Assembly (NCBI GenBank): GCA_963702435.1
Contig: CAVPCR010000002.1
Span: forward strand, 256,001 to 320,000
Direction: 5' to 3'
DNA length: 64,000 nucleotides
From: Candidatus Eiseniibacteriota bacterium
GTDB taxonomy: Bacteria; Eisenbacteria; RBG-16-71-46; CAVPCR01
Part shown: positions 36,738 through 46,277 of the stretch, piece after piece
Numbering within the stretch: the stretch's first letter is position 1
Layout of the letters: the number at the start of each line of letters is the position of its first letter
Position numbers and translations under genes: made by a program
The notes under the pieces: generated by a model
The model's database searches: none
What the model was told of the DNA's origin: nothing
The model's input: the letters and a program-made list of their open reading frames with translations, nothing else

Positions 36738-37780
36738 GGCCGCCCCCCCGGCGCCGCCCCCGGCACCGGCCCGCTCGTCGCTCCGAGCACGCGCCGGGTG
36801 TAGAGGTCGTGGAGGCGCGCGCTCACGACCGGGAGGTCGTGCACGGCGCGCACGTAGGCATAGCCGCGCGCGGCGACGGCGGCGCGCCGCTCCGGATCGG
36901 CGCGGAGCGCCTCGAGATCGGCCGCCAGTCGCTCGCGCGTCGTCCGGACGAGCGGCAGCGCGGGCCGGTCGAGATCGCTCCGGATGTAGGCGAGCGCCGG
37001 CTTCATGAGCGCCATGGCCTCGACCGCGAAGAGGCCGTACCAGCCGAGATGGAGCTGATCGACGGCCACAGTCGCCGCGCCGTAGCGGAGCCGCGCCCGG
37101 GCCGCGGGCTCGCCTTGCACGAGGAGGAGATCGACGTCGGGATGGCGCGCGCGAAGCTCGCGGACGGCCGCCTCCACGTGCCGCGTCCCCTTGATCTCCG
37201 GATCGCTCGGCGCGTGCAGCACGACGAAGCCCGGCGCCGGGGCCGCCGCGGCGCGGAGCGCATCCCACGCCGCGAGGTCGATCGCCACCGGCAGGTGCTC
37301 GGCCTCTGGCACCGCCTCGAGGAGATCCGGGGTCGAGACGAGCGCGAGCGCGCCGTGGCGGCGCGCCGCGGCGAGGAGCCGCTCCTGCTTCGCGGGCACG
37401 CAGTAGACCGGGCACTCGCTGCAGGCGGAGAGAGCGTGCGCGGCGAGCATGCGGGCCCGCGGGCGCACCTCGCAGCCATGGAAGTGGAAGACGAGCCGCG
37501 CGCCGCTCCGGGCGAGGAGCGGGACATCGAGGAGGCGAGGCAGAAAGGTCGTCCCGAAGTGGATGTGCACGATGTCGCAACCGCGGCCGTGGCGGAGGAG
37601 CGCGCCGAGTCGGCGGAGGAGCCCGGCGGCGCCGCGCCCGTCGGCCGCCATGTCGCTCGGGTAGCCGAGCCACGACGGATGGAGCGAGAGCGATCGGGCC
37701 TCGATGCCCCGCGCGCGGAGGCCGCGACAGAGGAGCGCCGGCTGGCCGGCGATCTCGGCCGCGATGTGGAGGACCCGCAC
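36734..37780 (-). CDS. GT4-like glycosyltransferase
   Basis: Has MRVLHI, HFHGCEVR, HAPSDPEIKGT and DQLHLGWYGLFAVEAMA. Confidence 0.85.
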   Translation of the reverse strand: MRVLHIAAEIAGQPALLCRGLRARGIEARSLSLHPSWLGYPSDMAADGRGAAGLLRRLGALLRHGRGCDIVHIHFGTTFLPRLLDVPLLARSGARLVFHFHGCEVRPRARMLAAHALSACSECPVYCVPAKQERLLAAARRHGALALVSTPDLLEAVPEAEHLPVAIDLAAWDALRAAAAPAPGFVVLHAPSDPEIKGTRHVEAAVRELRARHPDVDLLLVQGEPAARARLRYGAATVAVDQLHLGWYGLFAVEAMALMKPALAYIRSDLDRPALPLVRTTRERLAADLEALRADPERRAAVAARGYAYVRAVHDLPVVSARLHDLYTRRVLGATSGPVPGAAPGGRP

Positions 37781-37799
37781 GGCGTCGCGCTCCCCGCCT

Positions 37800-38702
37800 T
37801 CATGCCGTCCGGCGCGGAGCGCGACGGCAAATCTCGCCGAGCGCCTTCAGGGCCGCGCCCACCACGTCGCGATGCCCGGCGCGGATCTCCCGGAGCGCGA
37901 ACCCGAGGAAGGCGAGCGGCAGGGCGATCGGAATGGTGAGCCAGTGCCAGGGCCGGGCGTGGCGCCGGAAGAAGATCAGGTTCGAGTGCACGCGATGGTA
38001 CATCTTGTACGGCGTGAGCCCGCCGCCCGACGCCGCCGATACATGGTGGAGGAGCCGCGCCCGCGGGGCGTAGACGATGCGGTAGCCGAGCCGGCGCGCC
38101 CTGACGCACCAGTCGGCGTCCTCCGAGTACATCGCGTAGCTCTCGTCCAGGTAGCCGACATCGACGAGCGCCCGCCGCGTGACGAGGATGCAGCACCCGG
38201 TCAGGTAATCGACGTCGCGCTCGGTGTCGTACGGCGGTCCGTCCGCACGGCGGAGACCGTGATGGTGGAAGAGCCCCCGCCAGTAGTCGATCTTGCCGCC
38301 GGCCGACCAGATGAGGTCCGGCCGCTCGCGGTAGAGGATCTTGGGACCGACGAGGCCGATCTCCGGCGCGGCGGCGGCGACCTCGACGAGCCGCGCGATC
38401 AGGTCGGGCGCCGCCTCGGTGTCGTTGTTGAGGATCACGGCGTGGTCGTAGTCGCGGGCGAGCGCGAGGCGGAGGCCGACGTTGGCGCCGCCGGCGTAGA
38501 GCCGGTTCTCCGCCAGCCGGCGGATCGCGAGGTCGGGGAAGCGCGCGGCGAGGGCCGCCCCCGAGCCGTCGGTCGAGCCGTTGTCGATGACGAGGAGATC
38601 CGGGGCCGGCGGATCGAGGGCGCGAAGCGAGGTGAGACAGCGCTCGGTGTGCTCGAGCCCGTTCCAGTGCACGACGATGACGAGCACGCGCGGCGCGTCC
38701 AT
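37800..38702 (-). CDS. GT2 glycosyltransferase
   Basis: Has IDNGSTDGS, YAGGAN, LNNDT, GCCILV and YSEDADWC. Confidence 0.92.
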   Translation of the reverse strand: MDAPRVLVIVVHWNGLEHTERCLTSLRALDPPAPDLLVIDNGSTDGSGAALAARFPDLAIRRLAENRLYAGGANVGLRLALARDYDHAVILNNDTEAAPDLIARLVEVAAAAPEIGLVGPKILYRERPDLIWSAGGKIDYWRGLFHHHGLRRADGPPYDTERDVDYLTGCCILVTRRALVDVGYLDESYAMYSEDADWCVRARRLGYRIVYAPRARLLHHVSAASGGGLTPYKMYHRVHSNLIFFRRHARPWHWLTIPIALPLAFLGFALREIRAGHRDVVGAALKALGEICRRAPRRTA

Positions 38703-38706
38703 GCCG

Positions 38707-39687
38707 CTAGCCCAGCCGTTCGCGGATCGGATACGGGCCGGTCCCGCGTTCCTTGGCGATGAGCTCGCCCAGGAAGCCCATGCTCACGAACTGCACGCCG
38801 AGGAGGATCAAGGCCACCCCGAAGAGCATGAGCGGGCGCACGCGGAGCGGGCTTCCGAGCGCCCACTGGACGAGGAAGACGAGGCAGATGAGCGCGCCGG
38901 CCGCGCCGGTGGCGAGCCCGATGCGACCGAAGAGATGGAGCGGGCTCCGCTCGCTCGAGTGGAGGAACATGACGCCGAGGAGATCGAGGAGGCCGTTCAG
39001 GTAGCGGGAGCTCCCGAACTTGCTCCTGCCGTGCGGGCGCGGATGGTGGGTGACCGGGAGCTCGGTGACGCGGAATCCCGCCCAGTGCGCGAGCGCCGGG
39101 ATGTAGCGGTGGAGCTCGCCGTAGACCGAGATGGTCGCCGTGACCTCGCGGCGATACGCCTTCAAGCCGCAGTTGAAGTCATGGATGTCGAGGCCCGAGA
39201 GGCGGCGCGTGGTCAGGTTGTAGAGGCGCGAGGGCAGCCGCTTCGAGAAGGGATCCCGGCGCTTCAGCTTCCAGCCGGAGACGAGGTCGTAGCCCTCGTC
39301 GAGCCTGGCGATCAGGTTCGGGATCTCCGCCGGCTCGTCCTGCAGGTCGCCGTCGATCGTCACCACGATGTCGCCGCCCACCTCGCGGAACCCGGCGGCC
39401 AGGGCCGCCGACTTGCCGAAGTTCCGCCGGAAGCGGATGGCGCGCACGGCCGGGTCGCGCTCGCGGGCGCGGGCGATCTCGGCATAGGTGCGATCGGTCG
39501 AGCCGTCATCCACGAACAGGATCTCGTAGGGCTCGCCGCGGGCTCCGAGCACGGCTCGGAGCTTCTCGACGAGCGGCCCGACCGACTCCGCCTCGTTGAA
39601 GACGGGGACGATGACGCTCACGCGCCGCGGCCCGATGGCCGCTCCGCCGGTCGGGCCCGCGCTCCTGTCGGTCGCTGGGAGGCTCAT
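38707..39687 (-). CDS. GT2, ArnC/GtrB-like undecaprenyl-phosphate glycosyltransferase
   Basis: Has VPVFNE, VDDGSTD, RRNFGKSAAL, DGDLQDEP, HDFNCGLKAYR, GELHRYIP and two C-terminal TMs. Alternative start at 39699. Confidence 0.9.
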   Translation of the reverse strand: MSLPATDRSAGPTGGAAIGPRRVSVIVPVFNEAESVGPLVEKLRAVLGARGEPYEILFVDDGSTDRTYAEIARARERDPAVRAIRFRRNFGKSAALAAGFREVGGDIVVTIDGDLQDEPAEIPNLIARLDEGYDLVSGWKLKRRDPFSKRLPSRLYNLTTRRLSGLDIHDFNCGLKAYRREVTATISVYGELHRYIPALAHWAGFRVTELPVTHHPRPHGRSKFGSSRYLNGLLDLLGVMFLHSSERSPLHLFGRIGLATGAAGALICLVFLVQWALGSPLRVRPLMLFGVALILLGVQFVSMGFLGELIAKERGTGPYPIRERLG

Positions 39688-39694
39688 CGCGGCT

Positions 39695-39703
39695 AGCATA
39701 GCA
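39695..39703 (-). promoter_or_regulatory. Putative extended -10 TGCTATGCT, 7 nt before an ATG (possible leaderless mRNA)
   Basis: TGnTAnnnT-N7-ATG with no Shine-Dalgarno in between. Confidence 0.5.
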
Positions 39704-39723
39704 GAGGCCCGCCCCGGCCAAGG

Positions 39724-40704
39724 CTACCCGCCGCCGGATCCCTGGTGCCCGGCTCCGCCTCCCGGGCGGCCGGCCCGCTGCCACTCGACCTGGTGGGCGA
39801 GCCCGGCGGCGAGCCCCACGCGCGGAGCGAAGCCGAGCTCCTCGCGGGCGCGCGTGGTGTCGGCATAGGTGTGCGTCACGTCCCCGTGCTGGCGCGCCTC
39901 GTAGCGCACCTCGCCGCGGCCGACCAGGCCGAGGAGGAGATCCAGGCACTCGCGCACGGTGACCCGGGCCCCGCCCCCGATGTTGTAGACGCCGCCGGGC
40001 GCGCCGCGCTCGGCCGCGGCCAGGTTGGCCGCCACCGCATCGGCGACGAAGGTGAAGTCGCGCGTCTGCAGGCCGTCGCCGTAGACGACGATCGGATCGC
40101 CGCCGAGGAGCGCTCCGATGAAGCGGCGGAAGGCCATGTCCGGGCGCTGGCGCGGCCCGTAGACCGTGAAGTAGCGGAGCGACACGGTGGGGAGCCCGAA
40201 GTTCCGGTGATAGAGGCGAGCCAGGTGCTCGGCCGCGAGCTTGGTCACGCCGTAGGGCGAGTGCGGCTGGGTCGGCGCGTCCTCCCGCATCGGCAGCTCC
40301 GCCGTCTCTCCGTAGACCGAGGAGGACGAGGCATAGACGAAGCGCCGGAGCGGCCGCTCGCGGAAGAACTCGAGGAGACGCTGCGTGGCGTCCACGTTCT
40401 CACGGGTGTAGGTCGTGAACTCGCGGCCCCAGCTCGCGCGCACCCCGGCCTGCGCCGCCTGGTGGAAAACGACGTTCACGTCGCCCGCGACCCGGGCGAG
40501 GTCAACCGCGTTGAGATCGGCTCTGACGAACCGGAAGCGGGGGTGGCCGATGAGGAGCGCGAGGTTCGCCTCCTTGAGCCGCGGATCGTAGTAGTCGGTG
40601 AGACAGTCGATGCCGACCACATGATCCCCGCGGTCGAGGAGCGCCTCCGCGAGGTGCGAGCCGATGAACCCGGCGACCCCGGTGACCAGGGCGCGTTCTG
40701 CCAT
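39724..40704 (-). CDS. NAD-dependent epimerase/dehydratase (UDP-sugar 4-epimerase-like)
   Basis: Has TGVAGFIGSH, AAQAGVR, ASSSSVYG, YGVTK and VYGPRQRPDMA. GGAGGAGG RBS. Confidence 0.93.
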   Translation of the reverse strand: MAERALVTGVAGFIGSHLAEALLDRGDHVVGIDCLTDYYDPRLKEANLALLIGHPRFRFVRADLNAVDLARVAGDVNVVFHQAAQAGVRASWGREFTTYTRENVDATQRLLEFFRERPLRRFVYASSSSVYGETAELPMREDAPTQPHSPYGVTKLAAEHLARLYHRNFGLPTVSLRYFTVYGPRQRPDMAFRRFIGALLGGDPIVVYGDGLQTRDFTFVADAVAANLAAAERGAPGGVYNIGGGARVTVRECLDLLLGLVGRGEVRYEARQHGDVTHTYADTTRAREELGFAPRVGLAAGLAHQVEWQRAGRPGGGAGHQGSGGG

Positions 40705-40753
40705 GCCTCCTCCTTCCGCGCGCCGCGCGCTGCCGAGCGCGCGCATCAGAGCC

Positions 40754-43222
40754 TCACGACCCCGGCGGCAGCTCGCCGCGCGCCGCCTGGTCGCGCACGG
40801 CCCGCACCTCGACATCGTTCGGATGCGCGGTGAGCCACACGTCGAGCACGGCGAGCGCCGAGTCCAGGTGTCCCATCCGGTGGAAGACCTCGAAGAGGCT
40901 CGCGTAGGGATCGAAGTAGCCCGGGCCGCCGCGAGCGATCGCCGTCTTGAGGAGCGGCACCGCCTCGTCGTAGCGCCCCTGGGACCCGAGCACGAGACCG
41001 AGCCGGTGCGTGAAGCGGGCGTCCGCCGGGTGGCGCGCGAGGGCATCCCGGTAGTGCGCCTCGGCGCGCGCCACGTCGCCGGTCTTCTCGATCAGGATGC
41101 CGAGGAAGAGCCGGTTCCCCGCGAAACCGGGGCTCACCGCCTGCGCCCGCCCGGCCTCGCGCACCGCGGCGGCGAGGTCCCCCGCCTTGTCGTACTCGAC
41201 CGCGAGGTAGAAGTGGATCGCGGCGTAGTTCTGCATGAGGCGCCGCTCGTTGTCGTCGTGATAGAGCGTCGTATCCGTGGCGCCCGCGGGTGTCACGATG
41301 CCGCGGAGCGGCGTGAATACCGAATCTACATTCCGCCGGCAGGTGGCGACATCCACCCGCACCGGGGTCGGCTCGGGATGGATGCGGCGGGTGAGCCCCT
41401 CCATGGTCAGGCGCTCGTCGAGCCCCATCAGGTCGGGCACGGTGACCGCGAGGTAGAGCGGCCGCTCGCGCGGCGTGGCGGCGAGGATCGCCTCGACGGC
41501 GAGGTCCTTGATCATGAGGATCCGCCCGCTCGCCTCGTCGCGGATCGGACGGAGGGCCGCGATCTGCGCGTCGGAGAGGCCGAGGGGCACCCGCGGCTCG
41601 TAGTCCCGGATCTGGCGCAGGTACCACGGCGTGTTGAGGAGGCTCAGGTTCACCACGCGCACGTCCCGCCTGATCTTCTCGACCTCCTGCAGGTACCAGG
41701 GCGGAAAGGTGTCGTTGTCGCCGTTGGTGAGGAGCACGGCGTCCGGGGGCAGGGGGACGAGCAGGTTGTAGGCGTAGTCGCGCGCGATCCAATCGCGGCT
41801 CCGGTCGTGCTCGAACCACATGCGGCGGAAGGGCACGAGGGCGAGGAGGACGAGGAGCGCCACCGCGAGGGCGGCGCGGGCGGGCGCGCCGCCACGCGTG
41901 CGGGCGGCGAGCGCGGCCAGCGCGCCGGCGCCGAGCCCGGCGGCGAGCGCGGCCGCCTGGTAGAAGAGGATGAAGAAGTAGTCGCGCTCGCGCACCTCGT
42001 GATCGGTGAAGTTGAGGTAGAGGATGAGAAACGGTCCGCCGATCAGGAGGAGCACGAGGAGCAGATGGAACCCGCTCCGGTCGCGGCGATACGCGGCCAC
42101 CATGCCGGCCACGGCGGCGAGGGGAACCACGAGCCCGCCGAGCACCCCGGGGAAGAGCGGCCACTGCTCGCGCAGGTAGCGCGCGAACATGTCCACCTGG
42201 TAGCCGAAGGGCGCGCGCCGCACGAGGGGATTCGCCGGCGGGTACTGGGCGCGGGTGAGCGTGTCCCAGAACGCCTGCCAGTTGTCGGGCTGCCCCTCGT
42301 TGATCATCGGCGCGAGCGCCGAGCGGATCGGCAGGAAGAGATGCACGCTCGCGCCGAGCACGAAGAGGAGGACGAGCGCGGCGGCGAGCTTCTTGTCGGT
42401 CACCGCGGCGAGGCAGGCGAGGTAGGCGACGAGGAGGGCGCCCGCCTTCCCCGCCGCGCCGAGTCCGGCCCCGCCGGCCAGCGCCGTGAGCACGAACCCC
42501 ACCGCGGGAAGGACCAGGAACCAGATCCGGAGGTCGCGGCGCGGAAGGAGTCCCGGCGGCCGCTCCCGAATGACGAAGACGAGGAGCGCGGGCAGCACGA
42601 GGTAGGTCCCGAGGTGGATCCCGATCGAGAGGCTCAGGACATAGAAGACGGCGAGGAGCAGGTGCGGATCGCGGCGCGCGGGCGGTTGATCGGCCCAGCG
42701 CACGACCGCCCAGATCGCGGTCGCCACCATGAATCCCGAGAGCGCGTACACCTCCGCCTCGAGCGCGTTGAACCAGAGGGTACGCGAGCAGGCGGTGAGG
42801 AGCCCGGCCACGAGTCCGGCGCCGAGCGCGCCGGACGAGCCGAGCCCGGCGCGGCGGCCGAGCCGGACTGCCGCCAGGTGGGCGAAGAGGGCCGTCAGCG
42901 CGGTCGCCACGGCCGACAGCATGTTGACGCGGAAGGCGATCGATCCGGCGGGGACCAGGGTCGCCAGCCGTCCGATGAGCACGTAGAGCGGCGTCGAGGG
43001 TTGATGCGGAATGCCGAGCGTGTAGCTCGTGGCGATGTACTCCCCGGCGTCCCAGAACGGCACCGTGCGATACGCGGTCCGCGCGTAGACGGCGAGCGCG
43101 ACCAGGGCCGGGATCGCGGCGGCGAGCGCGCCCGGGTCGCGGCCGCGCCGGGCGGTCCGCCCGGCGGCCGGGGGAGCGGCCGCGGCGGGGCCGCGCGCCG
43201 GCGCGCGGGTCTCAGCGGGCAT
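40754..43222 (-). CDS. DUF2723 (TMEM260-like) GT-C membrane protein with C-terminal TPRs
   Basis: Has FWDAGEYI..SYTLGIPH.P, ALEAEVYAL, YLN..VRERDYFF, TNGDNDTFP.WYLQEVE and VVNLSLLNT.WY, followed by TPR-like helices. Confidence 0.88.
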   Translation of the reverse strand: MPAETRAPARGPAAAAPPAAGRTARRGRDPGALAAAIPALVALAVYARTAYRTVPFWDAGEYIATSYTLGIPHQPSTPLYVLIGRLATLVPAGSIAFRVNMLSAVATALTALFAHLAAVRLGRRAGLGSSGALGAGLVAGLLTACSRTLWFNALEAEVYALSGFMVATAIWAVVRWADQPPARRDPHLLLAVFYVLSLSIGIHLGTYLVLPALLVFVIRERPPGLLPRRDLRIWFLVLPAVGFVLTALAGGAGLGAAGKAGALLVAYLACLAAVTDKKLAAALVLLFVLGASVHLFLPIRSALAPMINEGQPDNWQAFWDTLTRAQYPPANPLVRRAPFGYQVDMFARYLREQWPLFPGVLGGLVVPLAAVAGMVAAYRRDRSGFHLLLVLLLIGGPFLILYLNFTDHEVRERDYFFILFYQAAALAAGLGAGALAALAARTRGGAPARAALAVALLVLLALVPFRRMWFEHDRSRDWIARDYAYNLLVPLPPDAVLLTNGDNDTFPPWYLQEVEKIRRDVRVVNLSLLNTPWYLRQIRDYEPRVPLGLSDAQIAALRPIRDEASGRILMIKDLAVEAILAATPRERPLYLAVTVPDLMGLDERLTMEGLTRRIHPEPTPVRVDVATCRRNVDSVFTPLRGIVTPAGATDTTLYHDDNERRLMQNYAAIHFYLAVEYDKAGDLAAAVREAGRAQAVSPGFAGNRLFLGILIEKTGDVARAEAHYRDALARHPADARFTHRLGLVLGSQGRYDEAVPLLKTAIARGGPGYFDPYASLFEVFHRMGHLDSALAVLDVWLTAHPNDVEVRAVRDQAARGELPPGS

Positions 43223-44303
43223 GAGTCACCTTCATCTCCGCACGCGGCGCCGGCGACAGCTCGTCGAGGCGCGCGAGCACCCGCCCCGGCGAGACGCCGG
43301 CGAGACACGCGTGATCGCCCCGCGGGCAGCGCCTTCCGCCATGCACCGAGCAGGGGCGGCAGTTCAGGTCGAGCCGTTGCTCGGCGCGGTGCGGGCCGAC
43401 CGGCAGGAAGCCGAGCGCCGGGACCGTCGGACCGAAGAGCACGACGACCGGTGCGCCCGCCGCGGCGGCGACGTGCGTGAGCCCCGAATCGTTGCCGACG
43501 ACTGCGTCGGCCTGCGCGAGCGCCGCTGCGAGCTCGACGAGGGTCCCGCGCGCGATCGCGATGCCCTCTCCCACCGGGCCGGGCCAGGTCTCCCCGGGAC
43601 CGAGCGCGACGAGCACGCGATCGCCGCGCGCCCGGAGCGCGGGTACGAGCTCGGCGAATCCCGGCCAGTTCTTGGTCGCGTGGCGCGCGCCCGGACAGAG
43701 CGCGATCGCGCGGCGGCCGGCCGCGGCCGGACCCCAGAGCGCCGCCGCCGCCTCGAGCGCGCGCGCCGGCAGGCGGAGCCCGGGGGCCGGGAGCTCGTGG
43801 CCCGCGCGGATCCGCGGATCGGCGACGCAGGCCGCGGCGAGCGCGGCCGCGGGCGGCACCATCGCCGCCGGGAGGAACGCGGGCGGCGGGCGCCGGCAGA
43901 GCCGGCGGAGCGTGGCCCCGGCGACGAGGCAGCGGCGGGCGACCGCGCGCGTCGCCACCCGGCGGCGGACCGGAGCCCCCGACCAGGCGGCGAGAAACCG
44001 GCTCCGCGAGCTCGCATGCAGGTCGAGCACCTCGGCGAAGCGGCGCGCGCGGAGGCGGCGCGCCAGGCGCACGGCGCCGCGCACGCCGCGATCGGCGGCG
44101 GCGAGCGCGATCACCTCGGCCACGGCCGGGTGGGTCGCGACGAGCGGCGCGTAGGCCTGCTTGGTGAGATAGACGATGCGGGACCCCGGCGCGCGGGCGG
44201 CGAGCAACGCGAGCGCGGGAAAGGTGAGCGTCACGTCACCGAGCGAACCGAAGCGGAGGACGAGGATCTCCGCGCCGCCGCGCGCGGGCCGCGGCGCGCT
44301 CAC
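43212..44303 (-). CDS. GT9 LPS heptosyltransferase-like
   Basis: Has LRFGSLGDV, DLH, PGA..TKNW, GNDSGLTHVAAA, LFGPT and CRPC..C..C. Confidence 0.9.
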   Translation of the reverse strand: MSAPRPARGGAEILVLRFGSLGDVTLTFPALALLAARAPGSRIVYLTKQAYAPLVATHPAVAEVIALAAADRGVRGAVRLARRLRARRFAEVLDLHASSRSRFLAAWSGAPVRRRVATRAVARRCLVAGATLRRLCRRPPPAFLPAAMVPPAAALAAACVADPRIRAGHELPAPGLRLPARALEAAAALWGPAAAGRRAIALCPGARHATKNWPGFAELVPALRARGDRVLVALGPGETWPGPVGEGIAIARGTLVELAAALAQADAVVGNDSGLTHVAAAAGAPVVVLFGPTVPALGFLPVGPHRAEQRLDLNCRPCSVHGGRRCPRGDHACLAGVSPGRVLARLDELSPAPRAEMKVTHAR

Positions 44304-46213
44304 GAGATCGGCTCCGCGAGCGGGGCGACGGCGACCGCCTTCTCCTCGCTGCTCAGGCGCGTGTAGAGCCCGTTCCGGCGGACAAGCTCCTCGTGCGTCC
44401 CCACCTCGACGATGCGCCCGCGATCGAGGACCACGATGCGATCGGCCTGGCGCACGGTGGACAGGCGATGGGCGACGACGAGCACGGTCCGCCCCACCAT
44501 GAGACGGGCGAGCGCCGATTGCACGAGGCGTTCCGACTCGGTGTCGAGGGCCGAGGTCGCCTCGTCGAGGATCAGGATCGGCGGGTTCTTGAGGATCGCG
44601 CGCGCGATGGCGAGCCGCTGCCGCTGCCCGCCCGAGAGGCGGACGCCGCGATCCCCGATCCCGGTCGCGTAACCCTCCGGCATGGCCCGGATGAACTCGT
44701 CGGCATGCGCGCTGGCCGCCGCCGCCGCGACCGCCTCGTCCGCGATCGTCGCATCCCCGTAGGCGATGTTGGCGCGCACCGAGTCGTTGAAGAGGATCAC
44801 GTCCTGGGTGACGAGCCCGATCAGGCGCCGGAGATCCCCGAGAACGAGGTCGCGGAGATCGATGCCGTCGAGGGTGATGCGCCCCCGGGTCGGGTCGTAG
44901 AAGCGCGGCACGAGGTCAACGAGCGTCGACTTTCCCGATCCCGAGGGTCCGACGAGCGCGACCACCTCGCCCGCATGCACCTCGAGATCGACCCCGGCCA
45001 GCACCGGCCGCCCGGGCTCGTAGGCGAACTCGACCCCCTCGAAGCGAAGGGCGGTCGCGAAACGGTCCACCGGGCGGGCGTCCGCGCGCTGGCGCACGGT
45101 CGGCTGGATGGCGAGGAGCTCCACGATGCGCTCGCCGGCGGCGAGCCCGTCCTGGATGTCCGGGTTCACGCTCGCGAGCTTGCGGAGCGGGCGGATCATG
45201 GACAGCATGGCGACGAGGAAGAGGAGGAAGCGATCGGGCGTGAGCGTGCGCTCGACCAGGATCAAGTGGCCGCCGTAGAAGAGGACGAGGACCGCGGCGC
45301 CGGCGCCGAGGAGCTCGGAAAGCGGGCTCGAGAGCGCGAAGTAACGGCGGAGGCGGAGGAAGGCATGGAAGACGCGATCGGCGGCGGCGCGGAAGCGCGC
45401 CACCTCGAAGTGCTCCATGGCGAAGGCCTTGACCACGCGCATCCCGGAGATCGTCTCCTGGAGGACGGCGGTCATGTCCGCCATGCGCTCCTGCGTGCGC
45501 CGGCTCGAGCGCCGCAGCCGCCGCCCGAGGCCGACGATGAGGAGCGCGCTCGGCGGGATGACGACGAGCGAGACGAGAGCCAGCGGCACCGACACCCAGA
45601 ACACCCAGAACAGGCAGGCGACGAGGGTGAGCACCTCGCGCACGGCGATGAAGACGCCGGCGGTGAGCGCGCCGCGCACCAGGTTCACGTCGTTCGTGAT
45701 GCGCGAGATCAGGATCCCGGCGCGCCGCCGGTGGAAGAAGTCGAGCGAGAGCGTGGTCAGGTGGGCGAAGAGCTGCGTGCGCAGGTCGCGGACCACGGCC
45801 TGCTCGATACGATTGATCGAGACCTGCTCGATGAAACTCGCGATCCCCTTCGCGAGGAAGACGAGGAGGATGACCGCGCAGACCCGGCGGAGCGCGGCCG
45901 CGGGCGGCGTCACGAAGAGGTAGGACTCGATCCGCGCGCGGAGGGCGCGGATCGGGCCGGCCGCCGCGAGCCGGGCAGCCGGATCGCTCGCGCCCGCCGG
46001 CAGGGCGGTGCTCGCGGGCGCCGCAGCGTCCGCCGGGGGCCCGACGCTCGCGGCGGGGGCGGCGCTCGCCGCGAACAGCGTGCGCGTGAGCGGCGCGATC
46101 ATCCCGATCGACGCGCCGGAGAGCACGGCATACACGGCGCCGGCCACGAGCGTGACGACGACGAGCCCGCGATAGGGCTTGAGGGTGGCGAGCAGAACGC
46201 GGTGGACCGTCAT
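44300..46213 (-). CDS. msbA: Lipid A/LPS ABC flippase MsbA-like
   Basis: TM domain plus GPSGSGKST, LSGGQRQR and LDEATSALD, in a lipid A context. Confidence 0.82.
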   Translation of the reverse strand: MTVHRVLLATLKPYRGLVVVTLVAGAVYAVLSGASIGMIAPLTRTLFAASAAPAASVGPPADAAAPASTALPAGASDPAARLAAAGPIRALRARIESYLFVTPPAAALRRVCAVILLVFLAKGIASFIEQVSINRIEQAVVRDLRTQLFAHLTTLSLDFFHRRRAGILISRITNDVNLVRGALTAGVFIAVREVLTLVACLFWVFWVSVPLALVSLVVIPPSALLIVGLGRRLRRSSRRTQERMADMTAVLQETISGMRVVKAFAMEHFEVARFRAAADRVFHAFLRLRRYFALSSPLSELLGAGAAVLVLFYGGHLILVERTLTPDRFLLFLVAMLSMIRPLRKLASVNPDIQDGLAAGERIVELLAIQPTVRQRADARPVDRFATALRFEGVEFAYEPGRPVLAGVDLEVHAGEVVALVGPSGSGKSTLVDLVPRFYDPTRGRITLDGIDLRDLVLGDLRRLIGLVTQDVILFNDSVRANIAYGDATIADEAVAAAAASAHADEFIRAMPEGYATGIGDRGVRLSGGQRQRLAIARAILKNPPILILDEATSALDTESERLVQSALARLMVGRTVLVVAHRLSTVRQADRIVVLDRGRIVEVGTHEELVRRNGLYTRLSSEEKAVAVAPLAEPIS

Positions 46214-46277
46214 CGAGCCGGCCCCTCGCCGGCCGCCGCCCGCTGCACCGCCGCCCGTCTACGGCAGGAGGCGCCGG

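Noticed and set aside
43290..43365. Cys motif CRPC..C..C in GT9
   Set aside because: It is a common C-terminal feature of WaaF-like heptosyltransferases.
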